A stretch of 64,000 bases of DNA from Candidatus Multivoradales bacterium (GCA_965223855.1 CBDCXM010000002.1:96001-160000), one strand, 5' to 3'; positions 44,637 through 55,004 are shown, numbered from the stretch's first letter. The notes: generated from the sequence alone by a model not told the origin. Program-made: numbers and translations.

Positions 44637-46307
44637 ATGCCCAAGGCGCCGAATCGAGGCACGACAACGATGTTGAGTGGGACGTCGCAAGCCCGCCGAC
44701 CGTCGGCCGACGAGCTGCGGACGGCGGAGCAACGACCTTCGGAGCGGCTGACGACACGGACGACAGCAGAGAACAGCGAAGAGGGAGTCGAACCGAGCGC
44801 GGAGAGTCTCCGTGAGGCTGCCCGCGTTCTCGAGGCGATCGTCGAGGACCGGGCACTCCTGGCGAAGCTCTCGAGGGAGGAACAGCGACGTCTCGTCGAG
44901 GCTGCCGGCCTCGTCTGGTGCCCCGACACGTCTCAGCGGAGAAGACTGGTCAAGGCGTTGGCGGCGCGGCGTCGGGCTGCGCGGGTCGATCGGGAGGAGA
45001 AGGTGCTGCACGAGACGGGGATCCGCTCGCTGCGGCGCAAGCCAACGTTCACGACGCCCAACTTCTTTCCGCCTCGGACCGGATCGGAGCCGTCCTCCGA
45101 GGAGGCGCCGCGCACGGGTCGGAGCGAGCGGCCGCTTCACTGCTACGTCTGCAAGGAGCGCTACCGCGAGGTCCACCACTTCTACGACCAGTTGTGTCCG
45201 GCGTGCGCGGAGTTCAACTACGCGAAGCGAGACGAGAGCGCCGACCTTTCAGGGAGGGTGGCACTGGTGACGGGAGGGCGGGTCAAGATCGGCTATCAGG
45301 CCGGCCTGAAGCTGCTGCGCTGCGGGGCGAAGCTCATCGTCAGCACCCGGTTTCCCAGGGACGCCGCACGACGCTACGCGGAGGAGCCCGACTCGCGCGA
45401 GTGGCTCGACCGGGTCGAGATTTTCGGCCTCGACCTGCGGCACACGCCGAGCGTCGAGGCGTTCTGTGCAGAGCTCGTCCGGCGTCGGAGCCGACTCGAC
45501 TATGTGATCAACAACGCCTGTCAGACCGTGCGGCGCCCACCCGCCTTCTACGCCCACATGCTGGAGGTCGAGCGAGCCACACTTCGGGAGCTGCCCGTCG
45601 AAGTGAGCGAGCTCGTGGGAAGCTACGAGCAGGCGCGGACCGGGAAGGTCGGGAAGGCCGGGGACGGAGAACTGGTGGCTGTCCCGAGCCTGCCCGCAGG
45701 GCTTTCCATCGCGCCGGAGCTCAGCCAGCTCGAACTGGTGGCGGGCGACGAGGAACGGGGCGAGTCCCTCTTCCCGGCGGGCAAGCTCGATCAGGATCAG
45801 CAGCAGGTCGATCTCAGGGAGACCAACTCCTGGCGCCTGCTTCTCGACGAGGTACCGACCGTAGAACTGCTCGAGGTGCACCTCGTCAACGCGGTCGCGC
45901 CGTTCCTCATCAACGCGCGACTCAAGCCGCTGATGGTGGCGGCCCCGGGGAGGGATCAGCATGTCGTCAACGTCTCGGCCGTGGAGGGGCAGTTCTATCG
46001 CACGTCGAAGACCACCCGGCACCCCCACACCAACATGGCCAAGGCGTCGCTGAACATGATGACGAGGACCTCGGCGGCGGATTACCACAACGACGGGATC
46101 CACATGAACAGCGTCGACACCGGCTGGGTGACCGACGAGGATCCCGAGGTGATCGCGGCCCGCAAGGTCGCGGAGCACCGCTTTCATCCGCCGCTCGACA
46201 TCGTCGATGGGGCGGCGCGAATCCTCGATCCGATCATCGACGGGGTGAACACCGGCGGGCACCTCTGGGGACAGTTCCTGAAGGACTACCGGCCGACCGC
46301 CTGGTAG
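44637..46307 (+). CDS. SDR family oxidoreductase with N-terminal extension and CxxC..CxxC motif
   Basis: CYVC...CPAC, VTGGRVKIG, INNA, VNVSAVEG, HPHTNMAKASLNM and SVDTGWV. Confidence 0.88.
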   Translation: MPKAPNRGTTTMLSGTSQARRPSADELRTAEQRPSERLTTRTTAENSEEGVEPSAESLREAARVLEAIVEDRALLAKLSREEQRRLVEAAGLVWCPDTSQRRRLVKALAARRRAARVDREEKVLHETGIRSLRRKPTFTTPNFFPPRTGSEPSSEEAPRTGRSERPLHCYVCKERYREVHHFYDQLCPACAEFNYAKRDESADLSGRVALVTGGRVKIGYQAGLKLLRCGAKLIVSTRFPRDAARRYAEEPDSREWLDRVEIFGLDLRHTPSVEAFCAELVRRRSRLDYVINNACQTVRRPPAFYAHMLEVERATLRELPVEVSELVGSYEQARTGKVGKAGDGELVAVPSLPAGLSIAPELSQLELVAGDEERGESLFPAGKLDQDQQQVDLRETNSWRLLLDEVPTVELLEVHLVNAVAPFLINARLKPLMVAAPGRDQHVVNVSAVEGQFYRTSKTTRHPHTNMAKASLNMMTRTSAADYHNDGIHMNSVDTGWVTDEDPEVIAARKVAEHRFHPPLDIVDGAARILDPIIDGVNTGGHLWGQFLKDYRPTAW

Positions 46308-46310
46308 AAG

Positions 46311-47681
46311 GTGAGCCGGCAGCGGATCGGACAGGCGATGGCAGGCGCTCGACTGGAACCGTCCTCCCCGGCCGCTCGGCGGATGCTGTGGGCGGTGCTG
46401 CTGTTGCTCCTCGCCGTCGGGGCGGACCGCTGGCGGAACCACCTTTCCCGAACTCCCGGAATCGACTTCTACCAGTACTGGGCCGTTCCGAAAGCGCGCG
46501 CAGAGGCGCCCGGGGTGCTCGGATCGCCGTACTCCGACCAGGAAGGCTACGCCCGGGTCCTGGCGCAGATCGCCGACGCCGCCGGTGACCGTCGCCTCGC
46601 GGCTGTGACCGAGTACCGCCGCGATCCCGGGTTTGCCAGCACCCCGCTGGTCTATGTCCTCGGCTCCTGGCTACCGAGCGGCTACTCGTCGGCGCTTGCG
46701 CTCTACCAGGGGCTGCACCTGCTGGCCCTGCTCGGAGGGTGGTGGCTGCTGGCGAGGAATCTGGAGTTCCGGACGCTGGACGCGACCCTGCTCGCGGCGG
46801 TAACGGTGATCTTTCACATGCCGGTGCTCGCCGAGCTCAGGGTGCTCAACACCAACGCCTTCCAGCTCGCCGCCCTGGCCGGTGCGTGCCGGCTGCTGCG
46901 GGAGTCCACGCTCCTGGCACGGAGCGCGTCCCTGTGCCTCGTGATCTTCGTCGCCTTTCTCAAGCCGGTCTGGGCGCTGCTCGTCCCGCTCTGGTTCCTC
47001 CTGGCCGCTCGACGGGGTGGGCGGGAGGCCACTCGTGCCGGCGCCGTCGGCGTTGCCTTCGCAGCGGCTTGCGTCCTCTGGCCTGCCCTGGAGTTCGGCT
47101 TCGGGGTCTGGCCCGATTGGTTCGGCCACGTCCTCGGCAGCGGGAGCGGAGCGATCGACTACGCCGTTTCAGACGGCAACCGCTCCACCCTGGTGTGGCT
47201 GGCGGAGACCCTGGGATGGAGCAGAGAGCTGTCGGCCGTCGTCGTGGCGGCGGTTCTCGGAACGGTTCTCGTGGGCGCAGTGCTCCGTGCTGCGACCCGA
47301 GGTCGTTCCTGGCGCGACCTGGTGGGCGAACTGGCGGCTGCGCCCGAAAGAGTGATGGGAGCCGCGATCGTCGTCTCTCTCGCCTTGTCGCCTCTCGCCT
47401 GGTGGCACTACCAGGTTCTCGCCCTGATGCCACTGGCGACGCTCTGGTCCGTCACCGCGTCGAGAGTGCAGGCAGTCCTCGGATGGACCGCCTTCCTGCT
47501 CGCATCGGGCCGGTTGGGGCCGGTGTTCGCCTTCTTCATCGACCCGGAGGCGGCGACGGCCGCCGCAGCGACGCTCGCCTGGTTGCCGCTGTGGATCGGC
47601 CTGCTCCTGCCGTGGGCGGGCGAAGCGCGGCAGCGCCACACTCTCCAGCCCGAGGGCGAGGGTCTCCCCGCCGGGCCTTAG
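46311..47681 (+). CDS. GT-C fold membrane protein (GT87/DUF2029-like)
   Basis: DFYQYW after TM1, then FLKP, GNRS and SPLAWWHY; about 11 TMs. Confidence 0.7.
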   Translation: MSRQRIGQAMAGARLEPSSPAARRMLWAVLLLLLAVGADRWRNHLSRTPGIDFYQYWAVPKARAEAPGVLGSPYSDQEGYARVLAQIADAAGDRRLAAVTEYRRDPGFASTPLVYVLGSWLPSGYSSALALYQGLHLLALLGGWWLLARNLEFRTLDATLLAAVTVIFHMPVLAELRVLNTNAFQLAALAGACRLLRESTLLARSASLCLVIFVAFLKPVWALLVPLWFLLAARRGGREATRAGAVGVAFAAACVLWPALEFGFGVWPDWFGHVLGSGSGAIDYAVSDGNRSTLVWLAETLGWSRELSAVVVAAVLGTVLVGAVLRAATRGRSWRDLVGELAAAPERVMGAAIVVSLALSPLAWWHYQVLALMPLATLWSVTASRVQAVLGWTAFLLASGRLGPVFAFFIDPEAATAAAATLAWLPLWIGLLLPWAGEARQRHTLQPEGEGLPAGP

Positions 47682-47710
47682 CCCGGCAGGGAGGCGCCCC
47701 GCTCGGACGA

Positions 47711-49600
47711 TCAGCGCAGCGCTTCGACCGTCGAGGGATCCTCGTCGGTCACCGTCTGGCCGGCACCCTCGCCGGTCACGACGGCCACGTTGGTGTAAGC
47801 CTCGATGAGCGGCGGCTCGGTGCAGGTGTAGGTCACCGTTTCGCCGACCGCCAGATCGCCGATGAAGAGATCGCACAGCGGCAGCAGTGCGTCGGTGACC
47901 TCGACGTTGACGAGCGGCACGTCGCCGGTGTTGGTCACCGCGATCTCCCAGTCGAGCGGGAAGAACGGCTCGACCACCCGTAGGTCCGGCCCTTCCGCCT
48001 GCTTGCGGATGTCGATGGCCGGGGTGCCCTGCGGGCAATCCACGAAGTCGACGTTGAAATCCCCGTCGCCCTTGTGCACGAAGTGAGGCCCGCTGTCGGG
48101 CTGCGAGACCAGGAACCATTCGAACCAACCCGAGGCCCCCAGGTCGCCGTCCTTCTCGTTGGCTCCGACTCCCCACTGGAAGTCGTGGCCGCGCGGGAAG
48201 ATGTCGATGACGGCTCCCTCCCACTCGCCGATGCCGAAGAACATGCCGACGAAGTCCGAGTAGAAGATGAAGTTGCCGTCGGTGTACTCGCCGCTCAGGT
48301 TGACGATGATGTTGAAACCCTGGTTCGGGTTCGAGCGGCGACGCACCGTCCCGGTCATCGTCGCCGTGCCGTCACCGTTGGAGACGAACTCTCCGGGATC
48401 CGGATCGAAGATGAGGTCGGTGGCGATGTCCGGCATCCAGATCGCGTGGCCGGTGTCGGAGTACTCCTCGACGCAGACCTCGATCGGGTCGCACTCCGGG
48501 AAGTCGACGTTGATGTCGCCGATGTCGTCCCAGTAGAAGTGGTCGCCGTTGTCGGGCTGCTTGAGGGTCTTGTAGTAGAACCAGCCGGAAGCGCCGAAGT
48601 CGCCGTCCTTGTCGTTGGCGCCGACGCCCCACTGGAAGTCGTGGCCGCGTGGCGTGATCTCGACCTCGGCTCCCTCCCAGTCGCCCGTACCTCTGAGGAT
48701 GCCGCTGAAGTCGGTGTAGTAGACCCAGTTGCCGTCGGTGTACTCGCCGGTGAGATCGACCACGACGTTGAATCCCTTGTCGGGGTTCGAGCGCTTGGAG
48801 ATGTGCCCGGTAAGCCTCGCCGTGCCGTTGTCGAAGCGCTCGAAGAGGCCCGACATCGGCTCGAAGATGAGATCGGTCGCGATGCCGCGGATCCAGAACG
48901 CATGCCCGGTGTCGGAGTACTCCTCGACGCAGAACTCCTCGATGGAGCCGGCGTTGCAGGTGACGTCGATCCGGACGTTGTCGATGCCGAAGAACTCGTG
49001 TCGGCCGCCGTAGTACTTGGTGACCCGGAAGCGAATCGTCGTCGTCGAGGAGATGAAGGCGCTGATGTCGGTCGAGTAGGTGTCGTCCGTGGCGTGGTCG
49101 AGGCCCGAGAAGACCTCGAGCGTGACCCAGTTCACACCGTCGACGCTGATGTCCAGGGTCACTTCGTCGCCCGGATCGACCGCGTCGGGGACACGCCAAT
49201 CGAAGCTCAGGGTTGCGGTGTCGTAGCCGCTGAGGTCGGCGGTTCTCCGCGCTCCCGGTTTCATGCCGGTGTCGGGCCGATCCTCGATATTGAGCTCGTA
49301 GTTCTTGATCTCGACCTGACCGTCCCAGGGACCGCCGCCGTACGGGTCGTCCTCGATCCAGTCGGTCGACCACTCGAGACTCCCGTCGTCTCCCTTGTAG
49401 GAGGCGTGGTCGAAGCGATCGAGGAAATAGCCGCTGCAGTCGGTGACGGGATCGGCCGTACCCGATGTCTGCTCGACGTTGGCGCCGGCCTTGCTCGGGT
49501 CGGCCTCGGTGCGTCTCGGTGTGGTCGCTAGGACGGTGATCGCGATGGCGAAGCACGCGAAAAGAAGAAACGCCGTCCGGGATTGGCTCCTACCCCCCAT
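47711..49600 (-). CDS. secreted protein with N-terminal jelly-roll-like domain, two 147-aa repeats and C-terminal Ig-like (DUF11/DUF7507-like) domain
   Basis: GGAGGG RBS, signal peptide, acidic composition, duplicated domain, and IAVTNTGDVPLVNVEVTD...LAVGETVTYTC. Confidence 0.8.
   Translation of the reverse strand: MGGRSQSRTAFLLFACFAIAITVLATTPRRTEADPSKAGANVEQTSGTADPVTDCSGYFLDRFDHASYKGDDGSLEWSTDWIEDDPYGGGPWDGQVEIKNYELNIEDRPDTGMKPGARRTADLSGYDTATLSFDWRVPDAVDPGDEVTLDISVDGVNWVTLEVFSGLDHATDDTYSTDISAFISSTTTIRFRVTKYYGGRHEFFGIDNVRIDVTCNAGSIEEFCVEEYSDTGHAFWIRGIATDLIFEPMSGLFERFDNGTARLTGHISKRSNPDKGFNVVVDLTGEYTDGNWVYYTDFSGILRGTGDWEGAEVEITPRGHDFQWGVGANDKDGDFGASGWFYYKTLKQPDNGDHFYWDDIGDINVDFPECDPIEVCVEEYSDTGHAIWMPDIATDLIFDPDPGEFVSNGDGTATMTGTVRRRSNPNQGFNIIVNLSGEYTDGNFIFYSDFVGMFFGIGEWEGAVIDIFPRGHDFQWGVGANEKDGDLGASGWFEWFLVSQPDSGPHFVHKGDGDFNVDFVDCPQGTPAIDIRKQAEGPDLRVVEPFFPLDWEIAVTNTGDVPLVNVEVTDALLPLCDLFIGDLAVGETVTYTCTEPPLIEAYTNVAVVTGEGAGQTVTDEDPSTVEALR
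48035..48931 (-). repeat. intragenic tandem duplication, 2 x 147 aa (456-nt period)
   Basis: Units 48491-48931 and 48035-48475 both read CVEEYSDTGHAxW...IATDLIF...RSNP..GFN...GEYTDGN...PRGHDFQWGVGAN.KDGD.GASGWF...NVDF..C. Confidence 0.92.
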
Positions 49601-49794
49601 GGTATTGCCCTCCGGTGTTGCCGGCCGATCAGGGACCGACCGCGTTCAGATTGTCCGGTGATCTTAGAACGGGCGGGCCGCCGTTGTGAAGTACGTCACA
49701 CGTCTTTTCTCGGAGCTGGACGTGCCCCCCGACGGGCTCGAGCGGTGATGGACGTAGGACCGGTCGGCCGGCCCGGTGGCGAGGGCCGCCGCGC

Positions 49795-50346
49795 TCAGGG
49801 GGTCCGCGACAGCACGGCGCGGAAGCGAGGAGCACCGTGACGCGTCAGGTCGTACGTGAGCTCCCGACCGTCCGGGGAGATCGAGAGAGTCCAGACGTTG
49901 GTCGCCGCCTCGGGGATCAGCTCGGCCGTGTACTCGTCGGCGGGGAAGGCCTGAGAGTTGTCGGTGCCCGTGCCGTCGGCCCATCCGCCGTACAGTGTGA
50001 CCTCGTCCGGTGTTCCGTCGGCGTGGCGGTGATCGTGGCGGAGCCTGATCCCCTCGGACGAGCGCTCGAGACGCCAGGTCCGCGATCGATCCTCGCCGAC
50101 GGTGAAGGGGATGAGGATCTCGTCTTCTCCGCACTGTGCGACATGCGCCGTCAGGACCTTCCCGTGGAGCGGGTGCTCCGGATCGTCGGGGAAGGTCGAA
50201 GAGCCCTCGAAGACGGCACCACAGAGCATGCGGACCCGGTCGAAGAAGGGCTCTCCGGGTGCCGGTGGTGACGCCGCTGGCGCGGTACTCGCCGGCGCCA
50301 GGGCCAGCAGGAGGGCGAGAGCGAGAGTGTGGGCGAATCGACGCAT
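49795..50346 (-). CDS. conserved secreted hypothetical protein
   Basis: Signal peptide; LCG, IPFTVGEDRSRTW, LRHDHRHADG, TLYGG and NVW. Confidence 0.8.
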   Translation of the reverse strand: MRRFAHTLALALLLALAPASTAPAASPPAPGEPFFDRVRMLCGAVFEGSSTFPDDPEHPLHGKVLTAHVAQCGEDEILIPFTVGEDRSRTWRLERSSEGIRLRHDHRHADGTPDEVTLYGGWADGTGTDNSQAFPADEYTAELIPEAATNVWTLSISPDGRELTYDLTRHGAPRFRAVLSRTP

Positions 50347-50410
50347 CGGCGGGGTCCGAGCAGCGACTCTACACCGGCGAGGCCCCCACCTTCGTTATCC
50401 TCGGTGTCAC

Positions 50411-51898
50411 ATGCTGCACGCCGCGTTTCACGAACCGGGCACGAGGATCTACCGTGCCGTCCAGGGAGCCGTCTGGGGCCTGATCGTCCTTTCGATCGTG
50501 CTGCTGGCCGTCGAGGCTGTACTGCCCGACACCAGCGAGTGGCGCTCGCGGCTGGCGGCGATCGACCGAATCGTGCTGATCGTCTTCGCCCTCGAGATCG
50601 TGCTCCGCGTCGCCTCCTACCGGCCTCCGACTCTCAAGGTCTTCGACCGACCGCCCTTCGGGCGTCTCCAGGTGCATCTCACCTCCCGCCTCGGCTATCT
50701 GCTGAAGCCCATGCAGCTCATCGATCTGCTGGCGGTGCTCGCCCTCTTCCCGGAGCTGAGGGGACTGCGGGCTCTCAGGCTGCTGAGGCTGCTGCGTTCG
50801 AGCCGGGTGTTCCGCTACCGCAACCCGTTTGCGATCGTGCTCCGCTCGCTGGAAGAGAACGGCCTGCTCTTCCTCTTCGCCTTCAGCGTGCTCGGGATCG
50901 CCACGTTGCTCGGCGGTGTGAGCTTCTACCTGGTCGAGGCGAAGGCCAATCCCGGCCTCGACTCGGTGGTCGACGGCATGTGGTGGTCGCTGGTGACGAT
51001 GACGACGGTCGGCTTCGGCGACATCTCACCGGTGACCGGCCTCGGTCGGGTCGTCGGCGCTGTGCTGATGGTGGCGGGCATGTTCACCCTGGCGCTCTTC
51101 GCCGGCATCGTCGGTTCGAGTCTGGTCCATGGGATGCTCAGCATCCGGGAGGAGCAGTTCAGAATGAGTGACTACGTCAATCACGTCGTCGTCTGCGGCT
51201 ACGACGAGAGCACCCACCTGCTGCTCGATGCTCTGTCGCGGGAGATCGACCTCGACGACACCTCGGTGGTGCTCTTCGACGACCACGAGAGGCCACGCGA
51301 CCTGCCACCCGAGTTCCACTGGGTCGAGGGAGATCCGACCAAGGAGAGCGAACTCGACAAGGTACGGCTGACCCACGCCGCGGCGGCGATCGTCACCGGC
51401 TCGCGAAGTACGAGCCCGCAGTTCGCAGACGCCCGGACCATCCTGACCGTGTTCACGATCCGGTCGTTCATGCGGCGGCAGGAGGGAAGGGGAGAGCGCC
51501 ATCGGCCGCTCTACGTCGTGGCGGAGATCCTCGATGCCGAGAACGTCGATCACGCCCGCACCTCGGGTGCCGACGAGGTGATCGAGACCCGCCGCATCGG
51601 CTACTCGATGATCGCTCACGCGGTCGGATTCCACGGCACGGCTGCGGTCATGAGCCGTGTTCTCGTTTCGGGGTCGCACAACGTCTACGTCGGCTGCGTC
51701 CCCGATCACGCCGGAGAGGTGGTCACCTTCGGCGAACTGCTGCGTCGGGCGAAGCTGGCTTCGCAGGGAGGCCTCGTCATCGGCCTGCGCACTCCCGCAG
51801 GCAAGGAAATCATCAACCCGGCGCGCTCGCTCGAAGTCGAGCCCGGGTCGCTGCTGATCTACCTTGCCAAGGAGCCGCTTCTCGACGCCCCGGATTGA
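50411..51898 (+). CDS. voltage-gated-type potassium channel with RCK (TrkA-N) domain
   Basis: S4-like LRGLRALRLLRLLR, pore WWSLVTMTTVGFGD, NHVVVCG and GDPT. Confidence 0.92.
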   Translation: MLHAAFHEPGTRIYRAVQGAVWGLIVLSIVLLAVEAVLPDTSEWRSRLAAIDRIVLIVFALEIVLRVASYRPPTLKVFDRPPFGRLQVHLTSRLGYLLKPMQLIDLLAVLALFPELRGLRALRLLRLLRSSRVFRYRNPFAIVLRSLEENGLLFLFAFSVLGIATLLGGVSFYLVEAKANPGLDSVVDGMWWSLVTMTTVGFGDISPVTGLGRVVGAVLMVAGMFTLALFAGIVGSSLVHGMLSIREEQFRMSDYVNHVVVCGYDESTHLLLDALSREIDLDDTSVVLFDDHERPRDLPPEFHWVEGDPTKESELDKVRLTHAAAAIVTGSRSTSPQFADARTILTVFTIRSFMRRQEGRGERHRPLYVVAEILDAENVDHARTSGADEVIETRRIGYSMIAHAVGFHGTAAVMSRVLVSGSHNVYVGCVPDHAGEVVTFGELLRRAKLASQGGLVIGLRTPAGKEIINPARSLEVEPGSLLIYLAKEPLLDAPD

Positions 51899-51918
51899 GG
51901 CCCCGAAGAGCGGGCCTC
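51897..51918. terminator. hairpin between convergent genes
   Basis: GAGGCCC-N8-GGGCCTC overlapping both stop codons; no U-tract. Confidence 0.3.
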
Positions 51919-52282
51919 AGCGGGCCTGCTTGAGGACTTCGATGCCGACGATCTCGCCGTCCGAGCGCCGGAAGTTGACTCGCACTCGATGACCGACGTC
52001 GAGATCACCGAACGAGAGCTTCCGCCGACCCCCGAAGTCGCGCTTCGCCTGAGCGCGGATACGGAGCTTCTCTCTGAGCGTCAGGACGTGCTCGCGGCCG
52101 TCTCCCTCGTCCAGCAGCACGACGGTGCGCCCTTCGAGGATCTTCCTCACCTCGCAGGTCCGATGTCCGATCAGTTGCCGGGCATCGATTCCACCGGCGT
52201 CGGGGTCGGGGATTTCAGGGATCGACGCGAGGGCGGCAGATGCGGCGAGCAGAGCGGCGATGGCGAACGAGGCGAGACGCAT
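51917..52282 (-). CDS. small secreted hypothetical protein (OB-fold-like)
   Basis: GGGAGGA RBS; signal peptide; SFGDLDVGHRVRV pattern. Confidence 0.75.
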   Translation of the reverse strand: MRLASFAIAALLAASAALASIPEIPDPDAGGIDARQLIGHRTCEVRKILEGRTVVLLDEGDGREHVLTLREKLRIRAQAKRDFGGRRKLSFGDLDVGHRVRVNFRRSDGEIVGIEVLKQAR

Positions 52283-52326
52283 GGAGCTTCCTCCCAGTGC
52301 AGGAGCCCGACCGAGCGGTCGAGCCG

Positions 52327-53751
52327 GTGACCGTTGACAAGGATACGCGGGCCGGAGCCCGGGTGGATCGGTGGTGGTTGTTCCTGCTCGCCGGAGCGAG
52401 CTCGATCGGGTATCTCGCGCTGGCGCGATGGCCGTTCTCGAACCGCGCGGCGGACGTCGGGCTCTACCTGTCGATCATGGCGCTCCTGTCGGCCGGTTAC
52501 GCGACGGGCTGGTGGCTCTGCGCCCGGACGGAGGGCCGACCCGAACTCACACGGAGCCTGTTACCGGTCCTCTTCACGGCGGCGGTGCTGTTCCGGCTGA
52601 TCCTTCTCACCACGGGCCTGCCGCAGGAGCGGGTGGCGGAGGCGGTGCTGGCGGACCTCGGCGGCCGTCCGCAGCGCACCGACACGTTCCTGCTCTACGA
52701 CAACGACCTGTGGCGCTATCTCTGGGACGGGCATGTGCTCGCTGCCGGGCTCGACCCGTATCGGACGCTTCCGGACGAGGCCGACGAGTGGGGGCTGATC
52801 GACGAGGAGCCGTGGCCGACGGTGCTCACCAACGTCAGCTACACGCGCTATCACTCGATCTATCCACCGCTGACGCAGTACTGGTTCGCCGCCCTCGCGC
52901 AACTGGCCCCCGGCAGCACCCTCGCCGCCCGAGCGTCGCTGATGCTGCTGGACCTCGCGCTGTGCTGGCTGCTGTGGCGGGCGACGCGACGAGCGTGGGT
53001 CTGCCTCGCGTATGGCTGGAACCCGATGGTGATCGCCGAGTTCACCGGCTCCGGGCACCCGGATCCGCTGATGCTGCTTCCACTCGCTGCCGCGGTCGTC
53101 CTCGGGCGTCGGCGCCCTCTTGCCGCGGCGATCGCTCTCGGAGTGGGCGTGCTGGCCAAGCTCACTCCGGTGGTGGCGGCGCCATGGCTCGTCGGGCGGC
53201 GATGGTCCTCCGCGGGCGTCGCGATGGCCACCGTGGCGCTCGGATGCCTGCCGCTGGCTGCCGGTCTCCCTGCGTGGTTCGAGGCAATGGCCCGCTTCGG
53301 CGCCAACTGGACCTTCAACTCCGGCGCCTGGCTCTCGCTGCGCGAGGTCTTCGATCGCATGGGAGTCGGAGCACCCGAGCGGTGGGCCGACGTCGTTGCC
53401 GCTATCCTCCTGAGTCTGCTGCTCGTGCGGCTCTGGTGGCGGCGGGATGCCGTCAGCCTCGCGACGGCGACGACGATCGCCGTCTTCGGGATCGTCCTGC
53501 TCTCACCGGCCGTCATGCCCTGGTACGTGCTGTGGCTGCTGCCGCTGGCGCTGTTGATCGACGACGGCGGCCGCTCGGCCGTCGTCGCCGCGGTCTGGGC
53601 CGCGGTCGCTCAACTGTCCTATCTCGCCTACGTGGATCCGGCGATCGGCGGCGGCTGGAAGTGGATCGAGTACGGCGTCCTGGCTGGCGCTCTGGTGGTC
53701 TGGCAGCGTCGTGGCGGCTGGCGGGTCGATCGTTCTTCGCTGGCGCGTTGA
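52327..53751 (+). CDS. GT-C fold membrane glycosyltransferase (DUF2029/GT87-like)
   Basis: DNDLWRYLWDG, SIYPP, YGWNP, SGHPD, WTFN and VMPWY; multi-TM. Start uncertain (52327 or 52363). Confidence 0.82.
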   Translation: MTVDKDTRAGARVDRWWLFLLAGASSIGYLALARWPFSNRAADVGLYLSIMALLSAGYATGWWLCARTEGRPELTRSLLPVLFTAAVLFRLILLTTGLPQERVAEAVLADLGGRPQRTDTFLLYDNDLWRYLWDGHVLAAGLDPYRTLPDEADEWGLIDEEPWPTVLTNVSYTRYHSIYPPLTQYWFAALAQLAPGSTLAARASLMLLDLALCWLLWRATRRAWVCLAYGWNPMVIAEFTGSGHPDPLMLLPLAAAVVLGRRRPLAAAIALGVGVLAKLTPVVAAPWLVGRRWSSAGVAMATVALGCLPLAAGLPAWFEAMARFGANWTFNSGAWLSLREVFDRMGVGAPERWADVVAAILLSLLLVRLWWRRDAVSLATATTIAVFGIVLLSPAVMPWYVLWLLPLALLIDDGGRSAVVAAVWAAVAQLSYLAYVDPAIGGGWKWIEYGVLAGALVVWQRRGGWRVDRSSLAR

Positions 53752-53838
53752 GACTCCAGTCCCCGCGGCCTCTCCTGTCCGACGATCCGCCGCGGCCGAT
53801 CTTGAGCGGGAGTGGTGAGGGGCTTCGCGACGCTCTTG

Positions 53839-54918
53839 CTAGCGATCGGGCCCGGCGAAGGCCGGTTCGTCTGCTTCGTCCGAAGCGACAGCCTCTTCCC
53901 AGGCCCGTTCGAACGTCGCGCCGACGAAGGGCTCGAACACCGCTTCCGACGCGGCATCTACGGCGAGCGCCGCGCGCCAACGTTCGATGTCGAGGCCGGC
54001 GAACGCCTCCTCGGCATCCGCGTCCTTGCCGGCGCGGGCCCGGGCGTGATCGACGAGGGTGGCGAAGAGTTAGCGGACCAGCTCGAGATGCTCGAGGCCC
54101 CGGCGCGGTGCGCCGTGTCCGGGGAAGAGCCGCTCCGGCTCCATCGCCGCCAACGCGTCGAGTGACGCGATCGCTGTCGCCGGCGAGCCGTGGCCACCGA
54201 ACGGCAGGTCGTCCAGCAGGTCGCCGGTCGCGGCGAGGCGCACCTGCGGCAGCCAGACGACGACATCGCCGTCGGTGTGTCCCGGCAGGTGAAGCAGCTC
54301 GACGCGGCGCCCGCCGAGATCGACGCTCAACGAGCGTGTGAAGCCGACTGTCGGCCTCTCCACGACGCTCGTTCGCAGGGCGGAGAACCGTAGCAGCGCT
54401 CGCTCGATTCTCTCCTCCGCGTCGGGTCGCTCGGCTTCGGCGAGGGGGGAGCCGTCGCGGCGCACTCCCTCGACGAGGCGCTGCTCGGCCGCCTCGATCG
54501 CGCCCGCCAGGGCGTCCGCATCCTCGATCAGCGAAGGTCGCGCCCGTTCGACGATGTCGCGAGCGGTCCATCGATGCGAGACGAGCGAAGCCTCGGGGAA
54601 CGCTTCGAGCAGTCGGGCCATCCCCAGCGTGTGGTCGGTGTGCCAGTGGGTGGCGACGATCCAGCGCAGCGGAACCGGGCTGAGTCTCCGGATCTCGGCC
54701 ACGAGGAGGTCGAGCGCGGCTTCTCCCTGAGGCGCGTCCACCAGCAGCGCCTCGCGTTCACCGACGACGAGCAGTGCGTTCGCATCGTCGAAGCGTGCGG
54801 CTGTCGGCTGGACGAAGCCATGAACTCCCTCCGACAACGTCGTCGTTTCTAGTGCCGGTTCTCCGGTGGCGCTCGTCGCGACCAGCATGCAGACGACGAG
54901 GGTCGCGCAGAACTTCAT
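53839..54918 (-). pseudogene. exported MBL-fold metallo-hydrolase interrupted by an in-frame TAA at 54070-54072
   Basis: THWHTDH, GHTDGD, TGDL and FPGHG motifs. After HLELVR* the same frame continues LFATLVDHARARAG...FERAWEEA to TAG at 53839. Confidence 0.8.
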
Positions 54919-55004
54919 CGACACAGTCTAGCCCGGACTTCTCACAGGTGCCGTCTGTGCGGAACTTCACCCGTTCGGGCAACCGGTCGGTTTAGGCTCG
55001 GGAG

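Noticed and set aside
52334-52339. Perfect TTGACA -35 box
   Set aside because: No -10 hexamer at suitable spacing, and it probably lies within or at the start of a coding region.
54070-54072. Selenocysteine/pyrrolysine recoding of the in-frame stop
   Set aside because: The codon is TAA, and the position is not a catalytic residue.
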